A stretch of 60,082 nt of DNA, filler included, from Bipalium vagum (lineage: Eukaryota), in assembly GCA_037834085.1 (NCBI GenBank). It is 3 parts of 3 records of this genome, joined end to end, with 100 filler letters (N's around TTAATTAATTAA, not from the genome) between each part and the next. Parts side by side here need not be neighbours in the genome. Positions count along the whole stretch, not along the records: positions 27,362 to 43,344 come from JBBMKC010134669.1; positions 43,445 to 60,082 come from JBBMKC010094677.1; 1 more part is not named here. One strand, written 5' to 3'. A program made the position numbers and the translations under genes. Numbering within the stretch: the first letter of the stretch is position 1; each line of letters starts with the position of its first letter. The notes under the pieces are model-generated. The model ran no database searches and was not told the DNA's origin. It saw only the letters and a program-made list of their open reading frames with translations. Positions 37,701 through 50,349 of the stretch are shown one piece after another.

Positions 37701-40700
37701 AAATATTTCCATTTTTATTCCATGTGTCATAAATTAAACAATCTCAATTTGAAGGTTCATTTTTCATAAATTATTGACACAATTAATTTTTATTGTTATA
37801 AAAAATATTTTCATCATACTCTTTTCTGAGTATCATAGTTATATATTGTTATTAGATTAGGTATCTTGACAATATTTTTCTTAGAAGTTGGCATAGTTAT
37901 ATTCTTGTGTAGTCATTTTTAATTAAGAATTCAAAGTCGAAGCAATAATTATAATATATTTCATTAAATCCGATTAACCAAACAAACTTTTCAAAATTGG
38001 ACCTTGCCTTTTTATTAAAATTAAATTATTTACTTTTTTAAAATTAACCAACATTTATTTAAAATAGTTATTTAAAAAACGTAACATTATAATTTTTAAA
38101 AACTTTAAATTAAAAACATTTAATATTGGTTAATCTAGGTGCGAGGTCCTTATTTTAAAAAATTCATACAAACTAATTCTTCGAATCACTTCTTATAGGC
38201 ATAATTTCATATTTAATATATATTTTATTTTCATATTTACGAAGTTCAATCAATATTGATATATTTTATATTATACCCCGAAATTTCAAAACTATGTACT
38301 CTAACTCTTATTATATTAAAAACAAAATGTTATAGGGGAATATTATAAATAAATTATTTTAAGAAACTAAAAATGTAAAATTATATTAAAATTAATACAG
38401 AGTTATGCAGAAATATATAGAAAAATATTCAGAAATAAATATTGGAAATGTACACTAAATAAATTCCCTTCTCACCAAGGATTTTTCTATAAACCCTCTC
38501 ATGTTGCGAAAATAATCACTTAAATCGTTATCATCATGCATAAGTACTTTGGTAATCAATTTTTATAAATAGTTCCGATCTATAATGGTTCTCATAAAGG
38601 ATGATATTTGCGACTTGTAGTTGAGGCGAGTATGGTGGCAGAAATCTGTAAGCAATACGTCGTTCTGTCAGTAACTTAATAACATTTTTGGCGTGATGGA
38701 ACCCGCAATTGTCCATCACCAATACATCCTCAGGATTTCGATCGAAATGATTGTATAACTTGTCACTACTAAAGTCCATAAAACTATCTCCATCGAAAGA
38801 CTTATCTTTGATTTCGAAGCATAAAATTCCTATAAATCTGATTTAATTAATAAACAGATGAGAAAACAATGAAACCTGTCATTTTAATAGCAGCCATACA
38901 GCTGATATTTTTGGCTGACTAAAATGCAATCAATTCAAATAGAAACAATCGAATATTTTTTCTATATTTTGAATGGAATTGATTTATTTTTGCATAGAAT
39001 TATATATATTTTGAATTTTCTTCTATATATTTCTGCATAAACCTGTAAATTTCACACCTTACCTCTAATTATTATAAAGTTATATAAAGCGGTTTTTGAA
39101 AAGTTGAAAATCAAATAAATGAAAAAAACAAAAAAGAACCAAAAACTAATTAACAAAAATCAATTATTTAATATATTTTTTAATTTTCTTATTAAAATTA
39201 AGAAATATTTTAATTTATATAAATGAATTTTGAATTTTTTCTTCATCTGATTATCAATAATTTTAACATTTTTTGACAATAATTTTTCATTATTTAAACA
39301 TGATAAGATAAATAATTGTATTAGGATCACAACGGATCACAGTTTGGATTTCTAATAAATATTATTTTTTTACTATTTGCTATCATTATTAAAAATAAAT
39401 TTTAAATATAAATTACTAGCTACATTACTTTCATTTACAAAATAATGTTTATTTGTTTGAAAACTTTTCAGTTTTACAATAAATTCTTTAAATTTTAATA
39501 CATGCATAATACAAGGTGAAACCGAAATCTCTGCTAAATCAAAATTATCGGATAATTTTATTTTTAGGAGCATTTCGTTTTTCACATCTAATTCCCAATA
39601 ACTAACGTAGTAGTCTCGTTTATTTTATATTTTAAAGAATTTAATTTTAATTAATTAATGTCAATTTTGTGGATAAATTTTTATCAAAAAACTACGGAAA
39701 TTATGTGACTTAACACAAAAAATAGTTTAACCATTTTTCTTCTTAATTAAATTTAATGAAAATCATGTTTAAAAGGATAATTAAAAATTCCGAAAAATGT
39801 TTTGTAATTAGTTATGAAATATATCTTAATTTCACTGTTTTCAAAACGACCTGTAGTTTGATTTTCAATCATGAATAAATTAATGGTGAATAATCATCCT
39901 TAGTAATGAGACAAATTTTCATCTTATTGAGAGAAAATTTTAAATTTTGTGTATCAGATAACTGAAAAATTCATCTTGGTCACTTGTGAGAAATTTGAAC
40001 AAAAGTTATGATTAATTTTAAATTTTTCCAGAAAAAGATAATGCAAAAGTAGTTTCAGATATTGAAAGAATCTTATGGCTTGATATTTGTAAGATATAGA
40101 AGATATGCAATTTCAATAAGGTAAGACTTAGAAGGCATATCCAAGAAACCCTACAGCTATTATAAAGCAAATTTAATGGTATTTTTATGTCACTTGACAA
40201 ACCAAAAACCATAGGTTAACTAAAAGAAGAAATTTTCAATATACGGAAACCAAAATTTTTATAAAAGTTCATCAATAGTATACTTTTGTACGTAAGAAAA
40301 ATATTGTACTTGTATTTATATTCAGCATTAATACCAAGAGACTTTAGAAAGTTTATCTCTTTCTTCATAAGACTTTCTAATTTCTATAGTTTTACAACAT
40401 TTATTTTTACCTTAATTAAACTATATTCTTCCTTCTTAATAGTGTATGAATTTTGTTTTTAAAAATCAAAGAAAATAGATTATCTAAAACCTTAAAACTA
40501 TTTAAAGGCCGTATATTTTGGAAAAGTGTGAAGAAAAGGCATTTATTATTAATATGTTCTCGAAATAAGCTGTAAAAGAATTTTAACTTTTACCTATTAT
40601 ATATTTAGTAAAGAATTCTTTAAAATTTTCATTAAAAATGCTCTGATGTCAATTTTAAAACACTTAACATCAATCATTTTCTTACAGTGAAAAGTTATAA

Positions 40701-42426
40701 AATCTTTAAATTATTTTCGTTTATGATTAAATTTCAATAATAAACTTCAACATCTAATTGTATGCAACAAAAAGAACAATTCAATTTCAGTCAATGGTGG
40801 CTAATTTGTGCATTCATTAATATTCCTATAATCATAAAGCAAATTAAAATGAGAACATAGTTTCATTGACAACACTTCATTGTAAATCTTTGAAAAATGC
40901 AAATTTTAAATGACCACAATTTGAGAAAGAAAAGAAACTAAAGCAGAGTTTATTATCAAATCAATTAATGGTCTTCTTAACTCATATATACTAACCATTC
41001 ATTAGTACAAAATAAGTTCAATAACAGTCCATTGTATCTTAGTTACAACAGTTAAGAGCCACAATGACAAGATAAAAATTATTAGAATTTTTTTTCTAAA
41101 GAGAACCTAACAGTAACAAATTAAAATTTTTAAAAGATATAAATATATAATATTTTACTTTACATTTTATGGAAAGTAGATTTATTTTTTATTAAATAAA
41201 ATTAATCAAATATTCCACAAAATTTTAAAAAAATTTTACTACTTAGTTAGAAAATGGCAATAATTAGTGATTTTAATTTAATAAATCGATTTTTATCACA
41301 TTGAATAATAATTATATTTTGTTACATATGAAAGAACCAATCTCACACAGGTCTTAACAAAAATGTACGTTGACTTAATATTTCTTAGAAAACAACCAAA
41401 GAAATATAATTTTTATAACTTATCAAAACGAAATTAATTGAATTGTATAATTATAAAAATTATACATTATTTAATTCTGAAAGTTAGAAAGAAATTAATT
41501 TTGAAAGATTAATTAAGAACATTTATTATTAAATTCTTAATTACAATGTACGATTAAATAATTTTTTAATTCAATTAAATGAGAGCTTTGTTAAAAAAAC
41601 ATTATCTAAGCCAGATTTAAAATAATAAATTATATATAATTTTTAATGCAAAATCAAAAGAAATATTGCCTCAATTTCATAAAATTTTTATAATACCGGG
41701 ATTAACTTGATCTAATTTTTTTCATTATTTTAATTCTTTTATCATTTATGCAATTTACATGAATATATTATTTAAAAGTGAATTTTACAATAAGACATTA
41801 AAATTAATAAAATATTAATTAAAAACAGAGAATATAGCTGATATTTTATGTTAAAATGTAGTTATTTTTCCAAAATGTTCTCCGATGATTATGAAATGAA
41901 GTTATCAGACAAAATCGACATTGCAATGTTTAATTGTACAAAAATAATCGTTATGTAAATATATAATTATGTACATAATTATATTTTCCAATATTTATAT
42001 TATTTCAAGTTACTTTCATGTATTAGACGTTATTTTTCACTAATTAGAGAGCAGAAGTGTATGTCTTAGAACAGATATATTTTTAAATAATATTATTGCT
42101 CTCAAATTTCTATCTGTATTTTTATTATTTATTTTCAATTATTTTTCATCAAAAAACAACACATTAATTATCAAAACAATGGAAAACTGAATATTATCTA
42201 ACATATTTTAAAAAACTATTATTATTATTGAAAAAGAACCGGAAACCAAACTGTAACAAAAAATCGATAAATTCAGTCAAAAGGAAATTTATTGAACAAA
42301 GAAGAATTTTTTTATAATTAACTAATCAATCAATTAATCAATGAAATCGAACTTACCGGTCTGTTCATTGTCGAAATCCGAAACGTAATGGTTTAATCTC
42401 GAAAGTATTTTATTGATATTTCCCAT
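34498..42426 (-). CDS. PRKAR2: cAMP-dependent protein kinase type II regulatory subunit, 3'-partial; join(42426-42357,36544-36512,36183-36047,35996-35890,35827-35653,34707-34498)
   Basis: Inhibitor site RGRRQSV (Ser = RII type), AESFNPE...KTDVQRSRL...LFRSLD, CNB-A with [12 protein letters not shown] and [21 protein letters not shown], start of CNB-B (VADAL...EQG...FFIESGEV); phases consistent. Confidence 0.9.
35653..36183 (-). CDS. PRKAR2: PKA-RII exons 3-5 (36183-36047, 35996-35890, 35827-35653), CNB-A
   Basis: Overlapping ORF-track fragments stitched across 50- and 62-nt GT-AG introns; [15 protein letters not shown]. Confidence 0.92.
36512..36544 (-). CDS. PRKAR2: PKA-RII 33-nt exon encoding the inhibitor site ([11 protein letters not shown])
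   Basis: tttag acceptor, gtaag donor; joins to give RRQS-V-AAE. Confidence 0.85.
38398..39045 (-). mobile_element. deleted IS630/Tc1-like element in PKA-R intron 1
   Basis: ~45-bp TIRs CAG(A/G)GTT(T)ATGCAGAAATATATAGAA with TA flanks; [11 protein letters not shown]...FLPPYSPQL. Confidence 0.85.
42357..42426 (-). CDS. PRKAR2: PKA-RII putative first coding exon [23 protein letters not shown]
   Basis: ATG with in-frame TGA ~45 nt upstream; strong ACCG|gtaagt donor in phase 1, matching the next exon. Confidence 0.6.
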
Positions 42427-43344
42427 AATTGTTGATTGGAAATTATTAATTTTCTTTCGTTTCACAAGTCAAAAATATTAGTCGAAAGCAAATCAATTTT
42501 AATGTGTACACATATATTTATTGATAAACATTTTCATAATTATAAATATATGTATAAATAAAATAAGAAAATCTCAGATTCTTATCACATCTCTCATTTT
42601 ATAACACAACACAAGCGCGCGCAAATGCATTAATCAGCTCTCTTCTTTTTCTTCTTCACACGACAGCAATAGCAGCAGCAAAAATAATGTTATACAATAA
42701 TAATAATAATAATAAACATCATCATCATCATTTAGTGAGTTGCTGTAGCCTGCAGGTTTTGTAAAAACATCAATGGGCTGTGTAAATTTTAAATAAATTA
42801 CCAAACTCATTGGACCAAGTTGAAAATCACACACAAAAGAAAACAATAGTGTGGACTCAATCACACCATCACCATCATCGTCGTTGTCTTTTTCGTCATT
42901 TTGTAACAGCATCAAATGATAGTCTATTTAGTCGCAGCCCTTTTATTAATTTTCCCTTTGAATATTGTGTAACAGAAACATGGGACATTTTAAAACATTT
43001 TTTCGGGTGAGAATTAAAATCCATAAGAAATTTCTAATATATGAAATATGTATTGTTTTTGTTGCCATTGCTGCTCTGTAAGTGGCGCAATCGTTCCGTG
43101 AAAAAATCAGAGAGATTTGATGTGTGAACCGTATAATACGGGATATGTTATTGAGTCCAAATATTGACGTTTGCGTTGTCAAAAATTGGCAGTGTGTCTG
43201 GTTGATGCTTGTGTGTGTGTGGTTTTGTGTGTGATCGTGTGTCCGAACCAGACTCTCATGTAAGATCTCGATTGTCACATGCATTTTATCATGCAGTTTT
43301 GTAGCTATTCTAATAGGAGAAATTTAAGAAAATTTATTATATAT

Positions 43345-43444
43345 NNNNNNNNNNNNNNNNNNNNNNNNNNNNNNNNNNNNNNNNNNNNTTAATTAATTAA
43401 NNNNNNNNNNNNNNNNNNNNNNNNNNNNNNNNNNNNNNNNNNNN
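43345..43444. other. artificial assembly spacer N44-TTAATTAATTAA-N44
   Basis: Identical to the first spacer; linker at 43389-43400. Confidence 0.98.
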
Positions 43445-43618
43445 GTTAGTAAATTTTTAAAAATATTAAAATAAAAGAAAAAAAAATTATGAACAATTGA
43501 AAATTCAAAAGCTTCTCAAAATAAAATCTATCATTAAGGATAAAAATATATTGACCACACAGCACTCATTTAAAGAAAAGACAAAATTTGATTTATTGCA
43601 TGATTATTATTAAAATAT

Positions 43619-44729
43619 TATACCGAGTAAGTCGTATAATCGCGGACTGTTTTGAATCAGACAACTTCATCAAACAAAACAAACCTTTATTTATTTGATG
43701 ATATTTATATTTTCGTTGAACTTCATTAACTTATTCAATTGTTACAATTTTTAAAAAGATTTTATGGTTTAGATGAATTTCAGCTACAAAGGGCAGGCTG
43801 ATATTGTAATTATATATAAGGCTGATATATATTATTGTAAGCCCAAAAATCATAGATTATTCATATTTTAAAAGTATCAAAAATAGTGTAAATAGATCAA
43901 ATCAAAATTGAAAAACTATACCAGTACATTGGAGCCCGGAAAAGTACGAAAAAAGTCAGTTAGAACAAAAAAGTTGGTTACGAAAACCAAAACCAGATAA
44001 GTTATAATCCTGTGAGGTCAGTGCTTAAAATTTCCAATGACATGGGTATTTCTGAACCCACAATAAGAAGAATTGTTAAAGAAGACCTTAATTCAAAATT
44101 AAGACCAATAACCAAACACCAGGTGCTAATACATTCACTCAAACTATCAAGATTTGAGAGATATAAGAAAATCAGTTAAATGCTGAGAAAATAGAAGAGG
44201 ACATTTTGTTTATCCTGATCAAAAATATTTCATTGTTGACAAAGTTCGAAACAGTAGAAATGATAGATACATTTCACAAATATCTTTTAGGGATAGCCCA
44301 GATAACATTAAAAGCATTTCCAGGTCAAACATCTCAACCATGTGATGGTTTTTGGACATGTGTAATCAGATGTCATAAAAATGTCTCTGGTAAACGAAAT
44401 ATTGATTTTTTACTGAAAATCGTTTTCCATGGGTTTCAGTACTTTGAAGACATACCTTAAGTCAGTTTTACCAAATATTGAGGCCCATATTATACCTTAA
44501 AGTCAACAAAAGCATAGCTCAAAGAAAATAAAAACTTTAGGGATAAGTCACTATTGTCTTATGGATCATCAATCTCAATTCTCTAGATTTCTCAACATGA
44601 TCTTTTGTTCAGGCAGATACCTCCAAAGTACAATACCCCAATTTGAAAATTAATGCTGAAGAAGGCCTCATAGAATCTGACTTGATAAAATTACTTTTTA
44701 TATTTGTGCACTTATCTTGGCACCCGGTG
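43619..44729 (+). mobile_element. decayed maT/DD37D-like element
   Basis: ISEPTIRRIVKEDL, FVYPDQKYFIVD..RNSRNDR remnants; right end cttatcttggcacccggtg-TA. Confidence 0.7.
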
Positions 44730-44994
44730 TAACTACTTAATAATATTTAAATTGCACAAAAAATATTAAGAATCAAATACCTTTCCAAAGACTTTGCCAA
44801 ATTTTTAATAAATCGGAAATTTCGTTTGAAAACATTGATATAACATTTTAAAAGTTGAAGATAAAATAATAAATAATTAAATTCATTAATAATTATTATT
44901 AGAAAATTATAATTTTTGCACATTTTTCAAAGAAATATCTTTATAAATTTACTTTGGGATAATTATAAAAATGTTTTTATTTTAAGATTTAATT

Positions 44995-47595
44995 TCATTT
45001 AAAAACAATTGAAAATTCTGTCGTACCATCTGGATGTCCTTGTCTGTATTCTTTCGGTTCATATTTTAACATTGGGACTTTCAAACAGCGCTTACATTTA
45101 AGAAGGACGATTGCAATGGCCAAAATGACGGATACTAACAGAGTGACCGTGATCATACATATCATAACTACTAAGTCTTTCTCAAGAAAGCGATATTCTG
45201 TGAAGGGCTGCGATATCTCCGTTAGAAAGTTGATTCGAACAATGGTGGTGTTAAAAAGGGCAAATTTACCACTATCTGAAACTTTGATAACCATTCTAAT
45301 AGTGTCTGGCGTCGAACTCATCGGATGTTTCACAAGATATAAGGAGCCCGTCTTTTGAGTTAAGCGAAATATCTCTAATTCATTTCCCTGTATAATTTCA
45401 TAGTTCAATGTGGAATTTAATCCCAAATCTGCATCGGTAGCTTTGAAAACGGTAATCAATTTCCCAAGGGTTTCATACCTCGTAACATTGAAAGTGAGTC
45501 CACTGTCAGAATACTCAACCCATTGAGGATAATTGTCATTGACGTCTTCAATTTTTATCACGACATCAACAAAAACACGGTGGCTTAAAGGTCCACTGTC
45601 CCAAGCTTCAATAGAAAATGAATGTAAATCAAATACCTCTCGATCCAGCGATTCTCTTGTCGTGAATATCCGTCCATCTGAAGTGACTGAAAAATAAATT
45701 TTGGCTATATGGCTCTTTTTCTCATACGGTTTTATGACCATTGCATATGAAATTTGTCGGTTTATGCTTTCTACGTCTGCATCATCAGCTGAAACCGATC
45801 CAACATATGTATTGAAGGATGTACCTTCATAGATATGAAATTCGTAAACCAACTTTTTAAAAACCGGAGCACAATCGTTTACATCTTTAATTTTAACCCT
45901 GATTGATGTTACACTTGAAAGTATCTTCTCTGTACTTTCAGAATCCACTATATTTCTTCTATCATAAACGGTCACTTCCAATTTGTGCTCTGCTGTACTT
46001 TCCCTATCAAACACTGCGTTGGTTTTCAGAATTCCGGAAAACTCATCTATGCTGAAATAAACATGATCGCTTTTATAAATTAGCTGTGAATTGATACCTA
46101 TATCACAGTCAGTGGCATTTAGCTTTGCAATGAAGGTCTCAATAGGCAGTCCTTCGTCGATATACACTATGGAGACCGTATTGGAAAACTGAGGAGTACA
46201 GTCGTTCTTATCCAGAACTCTTATATTCAGTAATTTCCTAGACATTTGTTGTGGATAACCGTCATCCTGACAAGTGATAACAACTTGTAAAAACTCATTT
46301 ATTTCCCTATCAAGAGGCTTTGTCAAAAAAATGGTATACTTCGTAATGGCCATTGTTTCAGATTGGATTCGAAGTAGCTTAAAACCATACATGTTACACT
46401 TGCAGGAAATGATAGTGGAACGATTATCAATGTCTTCCGTTGTCAAAGTAGCAATTATCTTTTCTTCCGATATATTTTCTTCAACGAACAAAACATTATT
46501 CGAATTATTTACCAGAGGTAAGATACCTATAGTTGGAGGGTTATCATTCTCGTTTTGAACCTTCACAATAAGAGTTATTTCTGCGACATTTGAACCATCT
46601 GTCACTTGTATTGGTAAATTGAAAATGTTTTGATCAGAATCATAATCCAATACTTGTTTAACGAAAATCTTACCATCTTTGGGATCTATATAAAACTTGG
46701 ATTTTTCTTCGTTACTCATTGAATAGCCAAAGGAATAGGATAATTTATCATGGTCAGAGATATCATTGTCTTTAGCAATAGTTTGACACAGGAATTGATC
46801 TACCGGATTGTTTTCTTTAATATGAGCCTCCAATTGGGGTTTATCGAAATATGGTGGATTATCATTGATATCGGTTATACTTATGATGAGAGATGTGGAT
46901 CCAGATAACGGTGGTGAACCGGAATCTTCTGCTATTAACAAAAGTTCGATTTTATCAATTTTTTCACGGTCAATATCGGATTCCACTTTAAGCAATAATT
47001 GATTCCAGGGTACCTTTTGAGAAATAGAACTATAATCTAAACTGAAAAGTTTCAGTTGAGATCTATTCATATACTCTAATGTATATTTGGAAACAGAATT
47101 CTTTGGTGAGAGATCTGGATCTTTAGCAAGGGGCAAATGATATTTGGAACCGATCTTTGTGTGTTCTGGGATGTTAAGTAGAATTTGCGATTCCGTCCAC
47201 AATGGAGCGTTATCGTTGATATCTTCGATGTCAATGCGAATTTCAAAGTAGTCCAGCTGAAGTTTAAGTCGGTTAATGAGAACTAGTAAATTTAAACAAC
47301 AGCAATGGTTTATTTTTATGCATATCTTTTCTCGATCAATGTTACTTTTAACAACCAGTTTTCCAGAGACAAGGGAAATAAATTTATTTTCTTTCATCAT
47401 TTGAAAATGTATATTTTCTAAGCCGGGAATTAGGGGGTTTTTATGTTTATAGCTTTCTCGAAGATCTCCAATTACCAACCCCAGTTCTGAGTGCTCCTTA
47501 ACTTGAAAGTCTAAAGAAATGGATTCTGTCAGAGTTATGAAGGAATAATGCAGTAGAATTAATGACAAATGTGTAACACTACCAAGAAACTTCAT
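44995..47595 (-). CDS. protocadherin (7 cadherin repeats, delta-1-like architecture); one large exon with signal, ectodomain and TM; probably spliced at GATG|gtacga (45027) to exons outside this contig
   Basis: 866-aa ORF from ATG 47595; signal peptide; repeated DRE, DxD and DxNDNxP motifs (six linkers); TM LVVMICMITVTLLVSVILAIAIVLL then KCKRC. Confidence 0.95.
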   Translation of the reverse strand: MKFLGSVTHLSLILLHYSFITLTESISLDFQVKEHSELGLVIGDLRESYKHKNPLIPGLENIHFQMMKENKFISLVSGKLVVKSNIDREKICIKINHCCCLNLLVLINRLKLQLDYFEIRIDIEDINDNAPLWTESQILLNIPEHTKIGSKYHLPLAKDPDLSPKNSVSKYTLEYMNRSQLKLFSLDYSSISQKVPWNQLLLKVESDIDREKIDKIELLLIAEDSGSPPLSGSTSLIISITDINDNPPYFDKPQLEAHIKENNPVDQFLCQTIAKDNDISDHDKLSYSFGYSMSNEEKSKFYIDPKDGKIFVKQVLDYDSDQNIFNLPIQVTDGSNVAEITLIVKVQNENDNPPTIGILPLVNNSNNVLFVEENISEEKIIATLTTEDIDNRSTIISCKCNMYGFKLLRIQSETMAITKYTIFLTKPLDREINEFLQVVITCQDDGYPQQMSRKLLNIRVLDKNDCTPQFSNTVSIVYIDEGLPIETFIAKLNATDCDIGINSQLIYKSDHVYFSIDEFSGILKTNAVFDRESTAEHKLEVTVYDRRNIVDSESTEKILSSVTSIRVKIKDVNDCAPVFKKLVYEFHIYEGTSFNTYVGSVSADDADVESINRQISYAMVIKPYEKKSHIAKIYFSVTSDGRIFTTRESLDREVFDLHSFSIEAWDSGPLSHRVFVDVVIKIEDVNDNYPQWVEYSDSGLTFNVTRYETLGKLITVFKATDADLGLNSTLNYEIIQGNELEIFRLTQKTGSLYLVKHPMSSTPDTIRMVIKVSDSGKFALFNTTIVRINFLTEISQPFTEYRFLEKDLVVMICMITVTLLVSVILAIAIVLLKCKRCLKVPMLKYEPKEYRQGHPDGTTEFSIVFK

Positions 47596-48589
47596 CAAAC
47601 CAAAGTAATGACATTGAAATTATGTTTTAAAGACATGTTTATTATAAAAAATAATTATCAAACATTTTTTCATATATGATTGGTTATTTATACAACAAAT
47701 GAAATAGAAAAAAATTAAACAATACATTCTCTTGAAAATTAAATAAAAGAAAATAATTTCAAGATTTGTTTTTCCTTAAAAATTGTCTGGGGATAATTTA
47801 TTTATTATCCTTTATAAAAATAATTTCCTCATTTTCCAGGACAATGAAATAGCTATGGAAACATTAATATAATAACGCGAACTATGAAAAATTAATTTCA
47901 TTTTTTATGTGTATTAATTAATTTTAAAATTGTATTATATAAAATTTTTTTTTAATTTTTAGAGTAAAAATTTCTGAGTACACAAGGCTAAGTATTTTTA
48001 AAGCATTTTTTATTATCTTGGAGATTTATTTTTCAAATAATTTCTTTCTTTTAAGAAGAATAAATGTCCCTTTCGTATAGGTCTAATATGATTAAAAACA
48101 ATACCTCAACGGGTTTTGCAAAATCATAATAATAAAAAAGTTTCAAGTTTTTAAAAGAAAAATTACAAATTTACATATAGAGAATAAAAAAATTTAACCA
48201 AATTTTCATCTCTCAATATTACAGTTACACCTTTGTGTACGTAGAACGTCTGGGTTTTGTCCTTTACAGTATGATCAACGTTTTGTTAATCTTTTTCATT
48301 AATGAAAGAAATAAATAATTTTTTGCTGGTACTGCGGCTGCATAATGAAAAAGCTTTGGTACAATGTACTCAGTGATAAGAGGTGGTCTGTTATTGCCGA
48401 GATGAAAAACAATAAATTTTCGGTTAAATCGAATTTGCTTCATTCTAACGAGCTCCTTATAAAATTAGTAGAATAAAGTATACTCTTCCACAAAAAAGTA
48501 CGACAAATTAAAGAAAAAAACAAAAACAAAAAATTTTGAATATATTTTAATTGTTTTTATTTTAAAATATCTGTTATTTAATATTCACT

Positions 48590-49340
48590 TGGTAATATAA
48601 TATATAATTTTAAGCGCGCATAAGTGATTTTTTTTATTTTTATCAGTTATTTTATTATTTTATCAGTCTTCACATATATTTTGTTTGTTAAAGATCGATT
48701 AAGTGGCATGCTCGAAGGCGGACTGACAGTCGATTGTGTTTCAGAAAAAATGAAATTATCAATCAGAACAGCCTAAAAATGATGGTCACAATTTAAAAAA
48801 GGACATTGTGAACAAAAAATTGAATCTGGTAAATTAAGAAAAATATGTGCACACCAGGATGCTCATTTAATTCTAAAAATAAAAAGAAACAAACTCCAGT
48901 CAATGCCATTTATTGGTAGAGAGTTGATCACAGATAATAATTTAGAATATTCAATAGAGACAGCTAGACGCAGGGCTGTTACAAAACCAGTGAGTTATGC
49001 ACACAAAAATAGACGTCTGAATTTTGCAAGAGAACATCTCAAATTGGTTAGCAATAAATAGAAGTCTATATTATGAACAGATGAAACCTGATTTTCACTG
49101 GATTTCAATGATGGTCAAATAAGAGTCAAACGCCAGAAAATTGAGAGATATAGGAGATTGCTGAATAAAGCAGCATGATAGATATGGTGGTGCAAGTTTT
49201 ATGATATGGTAGAACAGTTGTAGTTATTATTGATGTCACATTAAATGCTGCACATTATTTGAAGGAGTATATCAACCAGCTCATCATTCCAAATAATGAA
49301 CTGCATCATCTTATGTTAAGACATGATAATGCAAATTTTA
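48590..49340 (+). mobile_element. decayed Tc1-family transposase
   Basis: ARRRAVTKP, RLNFAREHL, IL*TDET, DGQIRVKR, GGASFMIW, HDNA; boundaries approximate. Confidence 0.75.
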
Positions 49341-50129
49341 ATTATTAGTTATATTTTCCTGAGATAAACAATTTAGCTATTTTCACAGAAATCCTCATAA
49401 TATCTTTAATGTGAATATGATAAAAATCTTTTCCAATAATTCAGTCTCAATTTGCCTTCCTCAGTTTATTAAGACTGTCAAATTTATTTATCGAAAAAAA
49501 ATGTGAAGAAAATCAACATTAAAATATTTAAATTACTTTCTTTCATTCTTTCTTTTATTATTATATTATTTTTATTAAATTGTTTTGCTGTTACTAAAAC
49601 AAAGATAATGCTTCGATAATAATATTTTCGAAGGACAATCTAAAGAAAAATACTCAGAGCTACTCTTAAAATATTGAGAAAAATCATTTAATCTGAAATA
49701 ATTATCGAAAAATAAAATTCAATCATGATATTCTTTAATTAAATGTTGTTACTTCCATTTTCATAATTAATTTTATTAATCTAGTAGATGAGGACATCGA
49801 CGATGAAGTACACAAATTCATCGAGATTATATTTATAGAAAATATATTAATATAATAAAGTATTTTAGAAGTAATTTTTTTATTGTTTAATTACCATTCG
49901 TAAATTAAAATATATTTTTTTAAATTAAATTTTTTTACATTTTTATTTATGCTGATTAATTTATTTTCAGATTAAATAGGGAAGTCTTATTGATCTTTTT
50001 TAAAATTAAAACAATATATTTGTTCGCAGTCTTATTGTGAACGAAACGGTTTTAGGTTTTGAAGCGATTGAAAATCACTTGAATTATTGAACAATCTCTG
50101 GTCCATATAAATTTGCAGAAAATGATATA

Positions 50130-50349
50130 CAGTCAACCATGTAAAGTTTGTCACGTACTGGTTTTCAATAAATATGGAAAACTTTAGGAAATGGTAAACT
50201 TCAGAAATGGCACCTTGTCAAAATATTGCATGATATTGTGTAATGTTAGTATATAATTGTATCTTTTACTGATATCTCCGAAGAGATTTCAATCCGTAAC
50301 GACGAAAAATGATAAACTTCAGAGATGGTAAACTTTAGAGGGTTAACTG
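50130..50349. mobile_element. pogo/Tigger-like MITE with subterminal 16-bp repeats
   Basis: TIRs CAGTCAACCATGTAAAGTTTG / CAGTTAACCCTCTAAAGTTTA; internal AAACTTYAGRRATGG x4. Confidence 0.7.

Noticed and set aside
42634-43284. ORFs with poly-Y/L/H/D runs
   Set aside because: Translations of trinucleotide repeats.
45116-46558. + strand ORFs 45116-45358 and 46274-46558
   Set aside because: Antisense shadows of the protocadherin exon.
50173-50345. Short spaced repeats as a CRISPR-like array
   Set aside because: Eukaryotic context, no regular spacers; they are MITE subterminal repeats.
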